Shown here: positions 1-8,910 of the stretch, one piece after another
Numbering within the stretch: position 1 is the first letter of the stretch
How the letters are laid out: each line of letters begins with the position of its first letter
Source: Thermodesulfobacteriota bacterium
GTDB lineage: Bacteria > Desulfobacterota_D > UBA1144 > Nemesobacterales > N074bin48
DNA: 28,352 bases
Reading direction: 5' to 3'
Assembly (NCBI GenBank): GCA_041572575.1
Contig: JBFFSH010000030.1
Coordinates: forward strand, 1 to 28,352
Program-made: the position numbers and the translations under genes
Notes under the pieces: generated by a model
The model's input: the letters and a program-made list of their open reading frames with translations, nothing else
The model's database searches: none
Told to the model about the DNA's origin: nothing

Positions 1-42
1 ATGGCATTCATGAGGTCGTCGGTTCGATCCCGATCGGCTCCA
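1..42 (+). tRNA. tRNA-Ala(GGC), 3' half (5' part lies outside the window); CCA not encoded
   Basis: Anticodon GGC at 3-5 in ATGGCAT; variable region AGGTC; T-arm GTCGG-TTCGATC-CCGAT; acceptor 3' strand CGGCTCC plus discriminator A, followed by TTA instead of CCA. Layout parallels E. coli tRNA-Ala(GGC) ...ATGGCATGCAAGAGGTCAGCGGTTCGATCCCGCTTAGCTCCA. Confidence 0.93.
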
Positions 43-452
43 TTAATAATTATTCTTCCGTTACAGTTGGTTAGAGCCTTTAATTACTATGTATTCCTAG
101 GTAATTGACCATTACTTAATTTTGTGATTCTATAATTTTATTCTTGTTAAATGAATAGATTGGTCTTTTCTTTCAGATTATTCAATGATATAAAATAGTT
201 GCAACATAGATTAATAAACAGGTATTTAGTTGATTGAGATGGAACAAATAATTAAAATCATTATGTTATAGGTTTAGAACTTTTGTGTTTCACATATAAA
301 TTCATTACTAAATAATTATATTAATAATAAGATTTGTTATAAATATTTTCGTTGTACTTGACCACTTTAATTGTTCAAAATATTTGGATATGAACTTTCC
401 GTTTCTAACAAAAATAAGGAATTTCTAAAGACGTTTTAAATCATTTGTTTTT

Positions 453-468
453 TGGTACGTAAAATGCA
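453..468 (+). promoter_or_regulatory. Candidate sigma54 (RpoN) -24/-12 promoter for the kinase cluster
   Basis: TGGTACGTAAAATGCA versus consensus TGGCACG-N4-TTGCW: GG/GC spacing is exact with 2 mismatches. It lies 44 nt before the GTG at 513, at the end of a 470-nt AT-rich intergenic region. Confidence 0.6.
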
Positions 469-512
469 CTAATTAAAAAAATAATCTTAATGACACTTAA
501 ATATATTGCCGC

Positions 513-2120
513 GTGATTGATAAACTTTTAAAACACCTGCATTTTGATGACCTTTCTATAAGAAGAAAACTGTTCATACACCTTTTTGTTTATGTACTGC
601 TGATTGCTTCAGTGGTATCAATTACGATATTTCTGAATAATAAAATTAGAACCGAATTTGACCACTTTTCTAAGCAGACATTGCCTGTTATCGAAATAAT
701 AGAAGATTTAAGGTTTACGGGGCTGGAGATTGTTTCCACTACGGCTGAATATAGTTTCTTTAAATCAGAACAGTCAAGAGCAACAGGTGACACAGCTTAT
801 GAACTTGAAGAAGAACTGGAGCATGAAGAGGAAAAATTAAAAGCAGAAGAGCAAAAGTTCTTAAAAATCCTAAATCTATATGAGCAGCATGTTAAAACAT
901 CCGATCCCGCTGAAAGTGTTTTTCTAAAGGACATAAGAATTACGGGCCAGCTGCTCCAAATAACAAGCAGAAAAATTGTTGAATCCAAAAAACAAGGGGT
1001 ACCTGATTCTGAACTGGCTGATTTTATTGAACTTATTGAAGATTTTGAAGAGCATGAAAACAAATTCTTAGATGCAATAGATCGTGCTCTGGCATATGAG
1101 AATATAGAATACTCCGACAGAAGAAGCAGTACGCTCTACAACATAGAATTTGCCATTAATGCTATTACTTTGATAGGGATTGTGGCCGTAGGCCTGCTTT
1201 TTATTATTAGCATATTTATTTTTAATTCTATCTCAAGACCAATAGTTGAGTTAAATGACAGTGTAAATGAGTTTGGTAAAGGAAAACTGGAAAAAAGAAT
1301 TGAAGTTAAAACAAAAGATGAAATTGGAACACTCGCATCATCATTTAACAAAATGGCAGATGAACTGCAGGTTTATAATGTCTCATTGGAAAATGAGATT
1401 GTAAAACGTATAAAGGAACTCGAAGAAGCCCAAAATGAGCTTATACAAAAAGAACGTCTTGCTGCAATCGGCCAGTTGATTAGTACGGTTAGTCATGAGC
1501 TTAGAAACCCACTTGGTACGATAAAAGCGTCTGCTTACTTAATAAGTGAAAAACTTCAGGGCACTCAGTCCAGTTATGATAAAGTTTTTACACGCATTGA
1601 AACAAATATAAACAGGTGTGAAAAGATTATAAGTCAGCTTTTGGATTATACACGTGTAAGAAACCTTGAACTAAGATCGGTAAACATTGATCAGTGGCTT
1701 GCAAACTTTTTAAATGAGTATGAAATACAGCCGAGTACTAGGCTTGAAAAGGAACTATCATCAAATATAAGTTTAATGGTTGATGAAGACAAACTGCGTA
1801 GGGTTATGGTTAATTTATGTGATAATGCATGTCAGGCAATGGAGGTAAAGTCAGAAATTGCACCTTTTGACATGGTATTAAAAGTTCAAGCAAAAGTTGC
1901 TGAAAACAGATTAGAGATTAGGGTTAAGGATAATGGTATTGGGATACACAAAGAAGATTTAAAGAGGGTGTTTGATCTATTGTACAGCAAGAAATCATTT
2001 GGAGTAGGACTTGGTCTGACAGTAGTTAAGCAGATAATGGAAGAGCATAAAGGACAGGTTGAGATATCAAGTGAAGAGGGTAAAGGCACTGAAGTCCTAA
2101 TATGGTTTCCTTTGGGATAA
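513..2120 (+). CDS. Membrane sensor histidine kinase (2 TM, helical periplasmic domain, HAMP, HisKA, HATPase_c; NtrB-like class)
   Basis: Two hydrophobic segments; HAMP (SISRPIVEL...DEIGTLASSFNKMA); H-box ERLAAIGQLISTVSHELRNPL; N-box VNLCDNA; G1 DNGIGI; G2 GVGLGL; GTG start. Confidence 0.95.
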   Translation: MIDKLLKHLHFDDLSIRRKLFIHLFVYVLLIASVVSITIFLNNKIRTEFDHFSKQTLPVIEIIEDLRFTGLEIVSTTAEYSFFKSEQSRATGDTAYELEEELEHEEEKLKAEEQKFLKILNLYEQHVKTSDPAESVFLKDIRITGQLLQITSRKIVESKKQGVPDSELADFIELIEDFEEHENKFLDAIDRALAYENIEYSDRRSSTLYNIEFAINAITLIGIVAVGLLFIISIFIFNSISRPIVELNDSVNEFGKGKLEKRIEVKTKDEIGTLASSFNKMADELQVYNVSLENEIVKRIKELEEAQNELIQKERLAAIGQLISTVSHELRNPLGTIKASAYLISEKLQGTQSSYDKVFTRIETNINRCEKIISQLLDYTRVRNLELRSVNIDQWLANFLNEYEIQPSTRLEKELSSNISLMVDEDKLRRVMVNLCDNACQAMEVKSEIAPFDMVLKVQAKVAENRLEIRVKDNGIGIHKEDLKRVFDLLYSKKSFGVGLGLTVVKQIMEEHKGQVEISSEEGKGTEVLIWFPLG

Positions 2121-2195
2121 GAGAATTTCTGCTTACTATATGAATATTAAACAATAGCTTGTTTAGCATATATATTGGAGTTAAAATATTGCACG

Positions 2196-3401
2196 ATGAT
2201 AGGCACAGCCAGCAGTTTATTCGATAACGAATTAGATAATGTTTTAATAGTTGATGACGATAAGGATTTCTGCGATGCGCTTGCAGATATTCTCGAATCT
2301 AAAGGATATCCCTTTCTAACAGCAACAAATGCCCTTCAGGCTCAAGAAATAACACAAAATCAACAAGTGCAGGTGATTTTTGTTGATGTAAGACTAGGAA
2401 GTACAAATGGCCTTGATCTCATTAAGTCATTCAAAAGATCAAATTCCAATTCCATTTGTGTAGTAATGACGGCCTATACAGATTTTTCTACTGCTGTAGA
2501 TACGCTTAGGGAAGGGGCATATGATTATCTGCAAAAGCCTTTTCACCCAAATGAGTTTGATGCCGTACTGCAAAGATGTATGAACATCGTAAAACTTGAA
2601 AGAGAAAAGAAAAGAGCACAGGAAGATCTGAGAATAGCAAACCTGGTGCTTGAAACAAGAATTGAGGAGAGAACGTCTGAGCTTCATGAAATAAATCAAC
2701 TGCTAAAAAAGGAGATAGCTCAAAAGAACGAAACTGAACAAGAGTTAAAAGCTGCTCTTAAAGAAAAAGATATTTTATTAAAAGAGATTCATCACAGGGT
2801 TAAAAATAATTTACAGATAATTACTAGCTTGTTATCTTTGCAGTCTGACACTCTTGATGATAGCTATGTTAAAAATAAGTTTGAGCAATGCGAAACCAGA
2901 ATTCATGCAATGTCCATGATTCATGAAAACCTGTATAACTCTAGAAGTCTCGCATCTATTGACCTGGGAAAATATGTAGAGGCAGTTGCTGAAAACCTTT
3001 TTTCTATTTTTGGAATACGCAGGGATGAGATTGATTTGAATATAGATATAAATGATGTCTCACTAGACTTTAATACTGCCATACCATGTGGTCTGCTCAT
3101 AAATGAGCTTATTACAAACTCACTTAAATATGCTTTTCGCTCTGGACATAAATCAGTCGGAGACAATAAATCTGCAAAAATAATAAGGGTAGTTGCCAGA
3201 ATTGAAGATGACAATGAATATGTGCTGAGTGTCTGTGACAACGGTGTAGGGATACCAGATGATATAGATTTTCTAAAAACTTCCACTCTGGGTCTGCAGC
3301 TTGTTAATGCCCTTACCCAACAGCTTCATGGCAGTATCAGCCTTGATCGTTCAAATGGGACAGAGTTTATTATAAAGTTTAGAACTGATAATGATAATTA
3401 G
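2196..3401 (+). CDS. Cytoplasmic hybrid: N-terminal receiver domain, coiled coil, HisKA_2 (PdtaS-like) histidine kinase
   Basis: REC motifs VLIVDDD, FVDVRL, VMTAY, YLQKPF; H-box LLKEIHHRVKNNLQIITSLL; ELITNSLKYAF, DNGVGIP, TLGLQLV. Start is either ATG 2196 or in-frame TTG 2175. Confidence 0.93.
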   Translation: MIGTASSLFDNELDNVLIVDDDKDFCDALADILESKGYPFLTATNALQAQEITQNQQVQVIFVDVRLGSTNGLDLIKSFKRSNSNSICVVMTAYTDFSTAVDTLREGAYDYLQKPFHPNEFDAVLQRCMNIVKLEREKKRAQEDLRIANLVLETRIEERTSELHEINQLLKKEIAQKNETEQELKAALKEKDILLKEIHHRVKNNLQIITSLLSLQSDTLDDSYVKNKFEQCETRIHAMSMIHENLYNSRSLASIDLGKYVEAVAENLFSIFGIRRDEIDLNIDINDVSLDFNTAIPCGLLINELITNSLKYAFRSGHKSVGDNKSAKIIRVVARIEDDNEYVLSVCDNGVGIPDDIDFLKTSTLGLQLVNALTQQLHGSISLDRSNGTEFIIKFRTDNDN

Positions 3402-3936
3402 ATCAATGTTATTTAGTTCCTCTATTAAAATTATAAGCTTCTTGATATTCTTCTTTTCCCTTTCTTTGACCGGTATTAAACAAACATCTGCCGGTGATCT
3501 GCCCCCACCTGAAACCATAGGGGCATGTTGTTTTGAGGTTGGTGAAGGCGTGTGTCAACAAATAAGTCTTGATGAATGTTTATCTGCTGAAACTGGCATT
3601 GGCTGGTCTGATGAAATTGAATGTGAGCTTGATACCTGCATACCCGATACATCTGGTGCAGCAGACTGTTGTACGGTTCATTCCAGCACTGCCTGTGAGA
3701 CTTCTTCGTGTTCAGAGACTATTTGTGAAATTGATCCTTACTGCTGTATATTTGACTGGGATGAGATATGCGTTGAAGAAGCATTTGAGCTTTGTCCACA
3801 GGTCTGTACTTCAAGTGGAGATCCGATAGTCATTGTTCCAACGATCAATCAATTGGGAATTATATTTTTGGTCGTGTTAATGGGTGTATACTCTGTTTTT
3901 AGATTGATACTTATTGATAACAAATATAAGTGCTAA
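3391..3936 (+). CDS. Secreted Cys-rich protein with C-terminal IPTL-CTERM-type sorting signal
   Basis: N-terminal hydrophobic signal ending TSA-G; 16 Cys in an acidic mature domain; C-terminus VPTINQLG plus TM helix plus R/K-containing tail; overlaps the upstream gene by 11 nt. Confidence 0.8.
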   Translation: MIIRSMLFSSSIKIISFLIFFFSLSLTGIKQTSAGDLPPPETIGACCFEVGEGVCQQISLDECLSAETGIGWSDEIECELDTCIPDTSGAADCCTVHSSTACETSSCSETICEIDPYCCIFDWDEICVEEAFELCPQVCTSSGDPIVIVPTINQLGIIFLVVLMGVYSVFRLILIDNKYKC

Positions 3937-3939
3937 TAA

Positions 3940-4878
3940 TTAATCCAAACAATCTACTCTCATGAGGTTTGGAGCAATCGCCCTATATTCAGTATTATAC
4001 AAAATACTTTTAGAGCCCTGAAGATATGCGATGCTTTCTTGTTGTGGAAGTCTTTTTAATTCGATAACCCTATAATCCTTTTCTGCATTAAAATTATCAA
4101 AACTACTGCTATGCGCTTTTGATAAATCTATATTGAATTCATACGCATGCTGATATGTTAATACTACAAATTTCTTGCCGTCTTCAGATATATCTAATGA
4201 TGTAATAACGTTATCAAGAAAACCGTTTGTCTTAGAATTAATTGGTTTAATATCTAATGTTCCAACATACTCTAGTGTAAGCGGTTTTGGCCCGGCATTT
4301 TCCCATTTGTTTCTGCTTGTTTTATATATTTTGGATGGAAATGATTTTTGTCGCCTAAGACTTTCTTCTTTAGTTATAATGAACAGATCCCCATTTGGAT
4401 GTACGGCAAATGCTTCCGCATTGCGTGGATGGTCCGGGTATATAAGCCTTACTATTTTTAAAGGAGTAACCGAAGAGCTTTTATTATTTTCTTCTATTAT
4501 AATTATGTTTATATTGTCTCTTGACTTGAGATTATCACCTATATCACCAATGAATAAACATTTTTTATCATAACATTTACCGGTGCTAATATCCTCATAG
4601 TCAGATCTTTTCAGATTTAAATTGTTTATTCGAATTTTCTTTGATTCAGAGCCATCAAATTTGCTCGAATAATAATATGGCCCGTTCCCGGAGTCATTGA
4701 TATGATATAAAATGCTATTATCTATCAAAGATACTTCAATACCGCTTGCCTCATTTATCATTGTGTGATCAAGTTTGCCAACAACCCTTGCTTCGCTCCA
4801 TGAACTGCATACCTGTCCATAAGAATTTGAAGAAAATATTGCGAGTATAAATAAAGTTAATATGTTATGTCTTTTCAT
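3940..4878 (-). CDS. Secreted hypothetical protein, probable beta-propeller (phytase-like/SdiA-regulated-like motifs)
   Basis: Signal peptide MKRHNILTLFILAIFSSNSYG from ATG 4878 (the ORF track starts at 4932). Motifs EASGI, HINDSG, DYEDI, FIGDIGDN, NAEAF, ITKE and QQESI resemble a widespread uncharacterised propeller family. Confidence 0.65.
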   Translation of the reverse strand: MKRHNILTLFILAIFSSNSYGQVCSSWSEARVVGKLDHTMINEASGIEVSLIDNSILYHINDSGNGPYYYSSKFDGSESKKIRINNLNLKRSDYEDISTGKCYDKKCLFIGDIGDNLKSRDNINIIIIEENNKSSSVTPLKIVRLIYPDHPRNAEAFAVHPNGDLFIITKEESLRRQKSFPSKIYKTSRNKWENAGPKPLTLEYVGTLDIKPINSKTNGFLDNVITSLDISEDGKKFVVLTYQHAYEFNIDLSKAHSSSFDNFNAEKDYRVIELKRLPQQESIAYLQGSKSILYNTEYRAIAPNLMRVDCLD

Positions 4879-4962
4879 ATGCATAACTAGTATATCAAGA
4901 TAAAAGATATAACAACAAATATTAATTGTCATATCTTAAAAAATCATTATTATATCACTCTT

Positions 4963-5253
4963 ATGGCAGTTGCTGAGAAAAGATTATATCAACGGTTGGA
5001 CATAAAAGAGAAGATCAAGTTTGGAGAGGATACTCCTGTTCATGACGGATTTACCCGCAACCTCTCGCCCGATGGAATGTCTATTGTTTCGGAGTATGGC
5101 CTGGATGCTAATTCAAATATAAAAGTTAAAATTCTTAGATCTTCAGGGCAATCAATTGATCTTGAAGGTAAGGTTGTCTGGTCATCTAATCCCCCTGGTG
5201 TAAATAAATTGATAGGTATAAAATTCAGAAGTTCTAATGAAGATTTGTTATAA
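4963..5253 (+). CDS. Single-domain PilZ protein (candidate c-di-GMP receptor)
   Basis: RxxxR (RLYQR) and D/NxSxxG (NLSPDG) motifs, LEGKVVW, GIKF. Confidence 0.88.
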   Translation: MAVAEKRLYQRLDIKEKIKFGEDTPVHDGFTRNLSPDGMSIVSEYGLDANSNIKVKILRSSGQSIDLEGKVVWSSNPPGVNKLIGIKFRSSNEDLL

Positions 5254-5401
5254 GTATATAGATTTAGATCGAGATAGTACATTTATAAACACTGGATTTA
5301 GATTTTCATATATCTCTTGTTTTTATGACTTGTTTATAGTTAATATTGATCTAATTAATTATTGTATTCAATCCCATTTATATTCATAAAAGGACAAATA
5401 T

Positions 5402-6757
5402 ATGCAAGAGCAAATTTTAGGCTTATTAAATCAAATCAGTGGCTATGTATGGGGACCGGTTTTAATCATACTGTTATTGGGAACCGGTATTTATCTTACG
5501 ATTATATTAAGAGGCATTCAGTTTAGAGCTCTTGTTCCATCTCTTCTGCTCGCATTTACAAAAGGGAAACAGGATGAAAAATCTCAAGGTGACATTTCTC
5601 ACTTCCAGGCTCTTATGACTGCTCTTTCTGCTACTGTGGGTGTTGGTAATATTGCAGGGGTAGCCACTGCAATTGCTCTTGGAGGTCCCGGGGCACTGTT
5701 TTGGATGTGGATTACTGGTCTTGTTGGAATGGCAACAAAGTATTCTGAAGCCGTACTTGCTGTAAAGTACAGAGAACAGGATAAGTTGGGCACTATGAGC
5801 GGCGGACCGATGTATTACATATCCAAGGGGCTTGGTATGAAGTGGCTGGGGTCTTTATTTGCTATATTCGGAGCTATTGCTGCTTTTGGTATAGGCAACA
5901 TGGTTCAGTCTAACTCTGTTGCGCATGCACTTGAATCCGCTTTTGGAATAACCCCATGGATAACCGGGATAGTTCTTTGTGTTGCGACAGGATTTGTAAT
6001 TATTGGTGGTATAAAGAGTATAGCAAAAGTAACAAGCGCAATCGTACCATTTATGATAATACTATATTTAATAGGCGCTTTTATTTCCCTTATTATCAAC
6101 TTCGAACAAATTCCACACGCTATTTATCTGATATTTCATCATGCATTTAATCCCACTGCGGCCTCAGGAGGATTTGCGGGAGCTTTAATACAGCAAACCC
6201 TTAGAATGGGAGTGGCCAGAGGGATTTTCTCAAATGAATCGGGGCTTGGTAGCTCCCCAATTGCAGCAGCAGCAGCAAAAACTGCTAATCCCGTACGGCA
6301 GGCGCTGGTATCAATGAGCCAGACTTTTATTGATACTATAGTGGTCTGCACTTTCACAGGACTTGTAATCATTTCATCGGGGCTTTGGAATAGCGGAGAA
6401 ACGGGAGCGACACTTTCGGCATTGGCCTTTGAAAAAGGCGTTCCAAATAATTTAGGCGCCGATATGGTGTCCGTATGCCTTGCGTTTTTTGCGTATTCTA
6501 CGCTTCTTGGATGGAGCTATTATGGAGAAAAGTGCATAGAGTTTATTTTAAAAGAAAGAGTCGTTATCCCTTACAGGATCATTTTTACGGTGTTTGTTTT
6601 AGTAGGTGCCGTTATAAAGCTTGATATAGTCTGGACTTTTGCAGATATTATGAACGGGCTTATGGCTTTTCCAAACCTTGTAGGGCTCCTGTTGTTATCT
6701 AGAGTTGTTGTAGAAGAAACAAAGCTCTATCTTGCTGCAGAGCTGGGTAAGAAATAG
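5402..6757 (+). CDS. Alanine/glycine:cation symporter (AGCS family, AlsT/AgcS-like)
   Basis: [64 protein letters not shown]; multiple TM helices; AAGGA RBS. Confidence 0.96.
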   Translation: MQEQILGLLNQISGYVWGPVLIILLLGTGIYLTIILRGIQFRALVPSLLLAFTKGKQDEKSQGDISHFQALMTALSATVGVGNIAGVATAIALGGPGALFWMWITGLVGMATKYSEAVLAVKYREQDKLGTMSGGPMYYISKGLGMKWLGSLFAIFGAIAAFGIGNMVQSNSVAHALESAFGITPWITGIVLCVATGFVIIGGIKSIAKVTSAIVPFMIILYLIGAFISLIINFEQIPHAIYLIFHHAFNPTAASGGFAGALIQQTLRMGVARGIFSNESGLGSSPIAAAAAKTANPVRQALVSMSQTFIDTIVVCTFTGLVIISSGLWNSGETGATLSALAFEKGVPNNLGADMVSVCLAFFAYSTLLGWSYYGEKCIEFILKERVVIPYRIIFTVFVLVGAVIKLDIVWTFADIMNGLMAFPNLVGLLLLSRVVVEETKLYLAAELGKK

Positions 6758-7411
6758 CTAAAGACCGCCGAGAAGATACACATCCCCGGTGGGCTCTTCA
6801 CTTCCCGTACCAATCTCTTTTGTTATTATAAAACGCTTAATCTTATTTGGGTTTGGAATATATTCTAATTTCAGAAGCGCATTGCCGTCTGAGTCTGATT
6901 TGAATGTGCCGATGCTTTTGGGGTTGATCTTAAAAACAGCCCATATCTGATATATTTGACCCTGTTGTAAAACATCTAAGTTTTTGCCTATAAGTACGCC
7001 TTTTTTATTGGCCTTATCTAAAAAGATCTTACCGTGAATTACAAAATTGTTTTGATAATTCTTAAGACTTATTGTGGATAGTGTAGTGGTTTGTAAAAAA
7101 TCAAGAATATCCTGCTGCTCCAGGATAATTTCGTCCAGATTACTGATAAGCTGCTGGGTCTTATATAACTGGTTTTCTAATGATTCTATCTGTTCTTTCT
7201 GGCGGGATATTTTTTCATTTGTATTTGCAAAATTAGAATCCTTTTGACCCAGTTTATTCCAAAATGATATACAAGTAATAATGGATAGTATAAGTGCAGC
7301 AACAATAAATGCCTTTAACATGGTTGCAAATACTTTTTTATTGTTGTCTTCAATAAATGATAGAATTTGAGATAATTTATATTTAAATTTTTCAGTATGT
7401 TGCATATTCAA
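6758..7411 (-). CDS. Anti-sigma factor, RskA (anti-sigma-K) family
   Basis: Short N-terminus, one TM helix, coiled coil, then RskA-like C-terminal motifs YQIWAV..P.SIGTF and FIITKE..GSEEPTG. Confidence 0.8.
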   Translation of the reverse strand: MNMQHTEKFKYKLSQILSFIEDNNKKVFATMLKAFIVAALILSIITCISFWNKLGQKDSNFANTNEKISRQKEQIESLENQLYKTQQLISNLDEIILEQQDILDFLQTTTLSTISLKNYQNNFVIHGKIFLDKANKKGVLIGKNLDVLQQGQIYQIWAVFKINPKSIGTFKSDSDGNALLKLEYIPNPNKIKRFIITKEIGTGSEEPTGDVYLLGGL

Positions 7412-7555
7412 TCAGATTTATAAGGATTTATGGAATTTCAATGTTTGTTATTATAACTAATTAAGCAATATAACAAACTTTAAGTATATTATGAAGTAAT
7501 AAGTGTAATGGTTACAGTATATTACTACGATTATTTGAGATTTAATTTAAGGTAC

Positions 7556-8893
7556 TTATTTCTCTTTTTCTAAATCAGGAACATCTTTTAAAGCTTCAGA
7601 AAACTGCTTTGTAATCCATTTTTTAATGTGTACCTGAGAAGCTCTTCCAAGTATTTTTCTCATTTTTGATAGTGGTATAACTGCTTTTGCAGCGGATCTG
7701 TGCCCACCAGCGCTGCCAATTTCAGTAAACATTTCCCTTACAAGTCTTCCTGCGCTTTTAACATATCCCACGTTTCTTACTGAAATTATAAGATGAGAGT
7801 TTCCCAATATTCCAAATGCTACCGACCACTCAACGCCTTTTACCTGAATTCCGAGGTCAGCCATTTTGGGTATTAAATATTCCCTTTTTACCCTTCCGAG
7901 GTTAACAAAAAACACTCCGTTTGAAATCCAGTGATCAGCCAGCGCCTGTCCGAAACATTTAACCTCTGCGGGAGGGATCTCGGCTCTTTCAATTCTTCTT
8001 AGTAACCCCAGGTTTGCATTTGGATATAGGAAGGTGAAAGCCTCTACATCATCGGGATTTGCGTCACGATTAAGTGATACGGTATCTGTCTTTATTCCAT
8101 AAAGCAGAGCCGTTGCAAGCCTTTCTGAAATATCAACCTGTGCAGCTCTTAAATATTTTGTGAGGATTGTGGATGTAGCTCCTTCTTCGGTTTTTATCTC
8201 GGAGAAGTTAACCTCGTAGTTTGCCACCTGGGGGTGGTGATCTATCACAGAGGCAATTTTTATATCAGATAGAATATTACCAAAAAACGGGGGCTGTACA
8301 TCTACAAGGGCAATTGAATCAAAATCTTTAAGGTCATCTGGTGTTACATTCTCTAGCTCAATCTCTAAAAAGTCTATCATTGCAACGTTTTCGGGTCTTG
8401 AAATCTTTTCACCAAAATGACCAATTAATGCAGTCTGACGATTTCTTTTAAGAAGTACTCTAAGTGCCAGTGCACTTGCAATGGAATCAGGATCGGGGTG
8501 ATCATGTACCAGAATTAATAGTTTTTTAACATCGCTATGAGCTTTTCTAAGCTGTTCCACTCTAAGTTCGGTTTTTGCAAGAACTTCTTCTCTGGCAAGC
8601 TCATTCGTAAGGATTTTATGGAACGGGACAAACCTGACTGATGGATATGATTCTTCTGGTTTTTCTCCGTTACTTACAATAATTGGGGTATTGGGATAGT
8701 GTATAGTCAGTTCACCTGTGATATTTTCATTAAAACAGCTTTTCTCGATTACTATTATAGAAAAATTGCCGGTCTGGTTTAATGCTTCTTCAAGTGAGCT
8801 TACCCATATCACTTCACCCCTCTTCGAATACAGACCCATGAGAACAGAGTCAAATTCACCTATAAACAGATATCTTGTTGGTTCTTGTTGCAT
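7556..8893 (-). CDS. DHH/DHHA1 phosphoesterase (NrnA/nanoRNase-pAp phosphatase-like) with a ~120-aa N-terminal extension
   Basis: HDHPDPDSIASA, LVD, IDHH, GATSTI, GIKTDT, SAGGHRSAA. Confidence 0.9.
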   Translation of the reverse strand: MQQEPTRYLFIGEFDSVLMGLYSKRGEVIWVSSLEEALNQTGNFSIIVIEKSCFNENITGELTIHYPNTPIIVSNGEKPEESYPSVRFVPFHKILTNELAREEVLAKTELRVEQLRKAHSDVKKLLILVHDHPDPDSIASALALRVLLKRNRQTALIGHFGEKISRPENVAMIDFLEIELENVTPDDLKDFDSIALVDVQPPFFGNILSDIKIASVIDHHPQVANYEVNFSEIKTEEGATSTILTKYLRAAQVDISERLATALLYGIKTDTVSLNRDANPDDVEAFTFLYPNANLGLLRRIERAEIPPAEVKCFGQALADHWISNGVFFVNLGRVKREYLIPKMADLGIQVKGVEWSVAFGILGNSHLIISVRNVGYVKSAGRLVREMFTEIGSAGGHRSAAKAVIPLSKMRKILGRASQVHIKKWITKQFSEALKDVPDLEKEK

Positions 8894-8910
8894 AGTTGTT
8901 GGAATTAAGA

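Noticed and set aside
1..42. tRNA-anchored prophage or genomic island
   Set aside because: No integrase and no repeat of the tRNA 3' end seen in the window.
5254..5401. Glycine riboswitch upstream of the AGCS symporter
   Set aside because: No GGAGA...CCGAAG or CTCTCAGG motifs, and the region is short and AT-rich.
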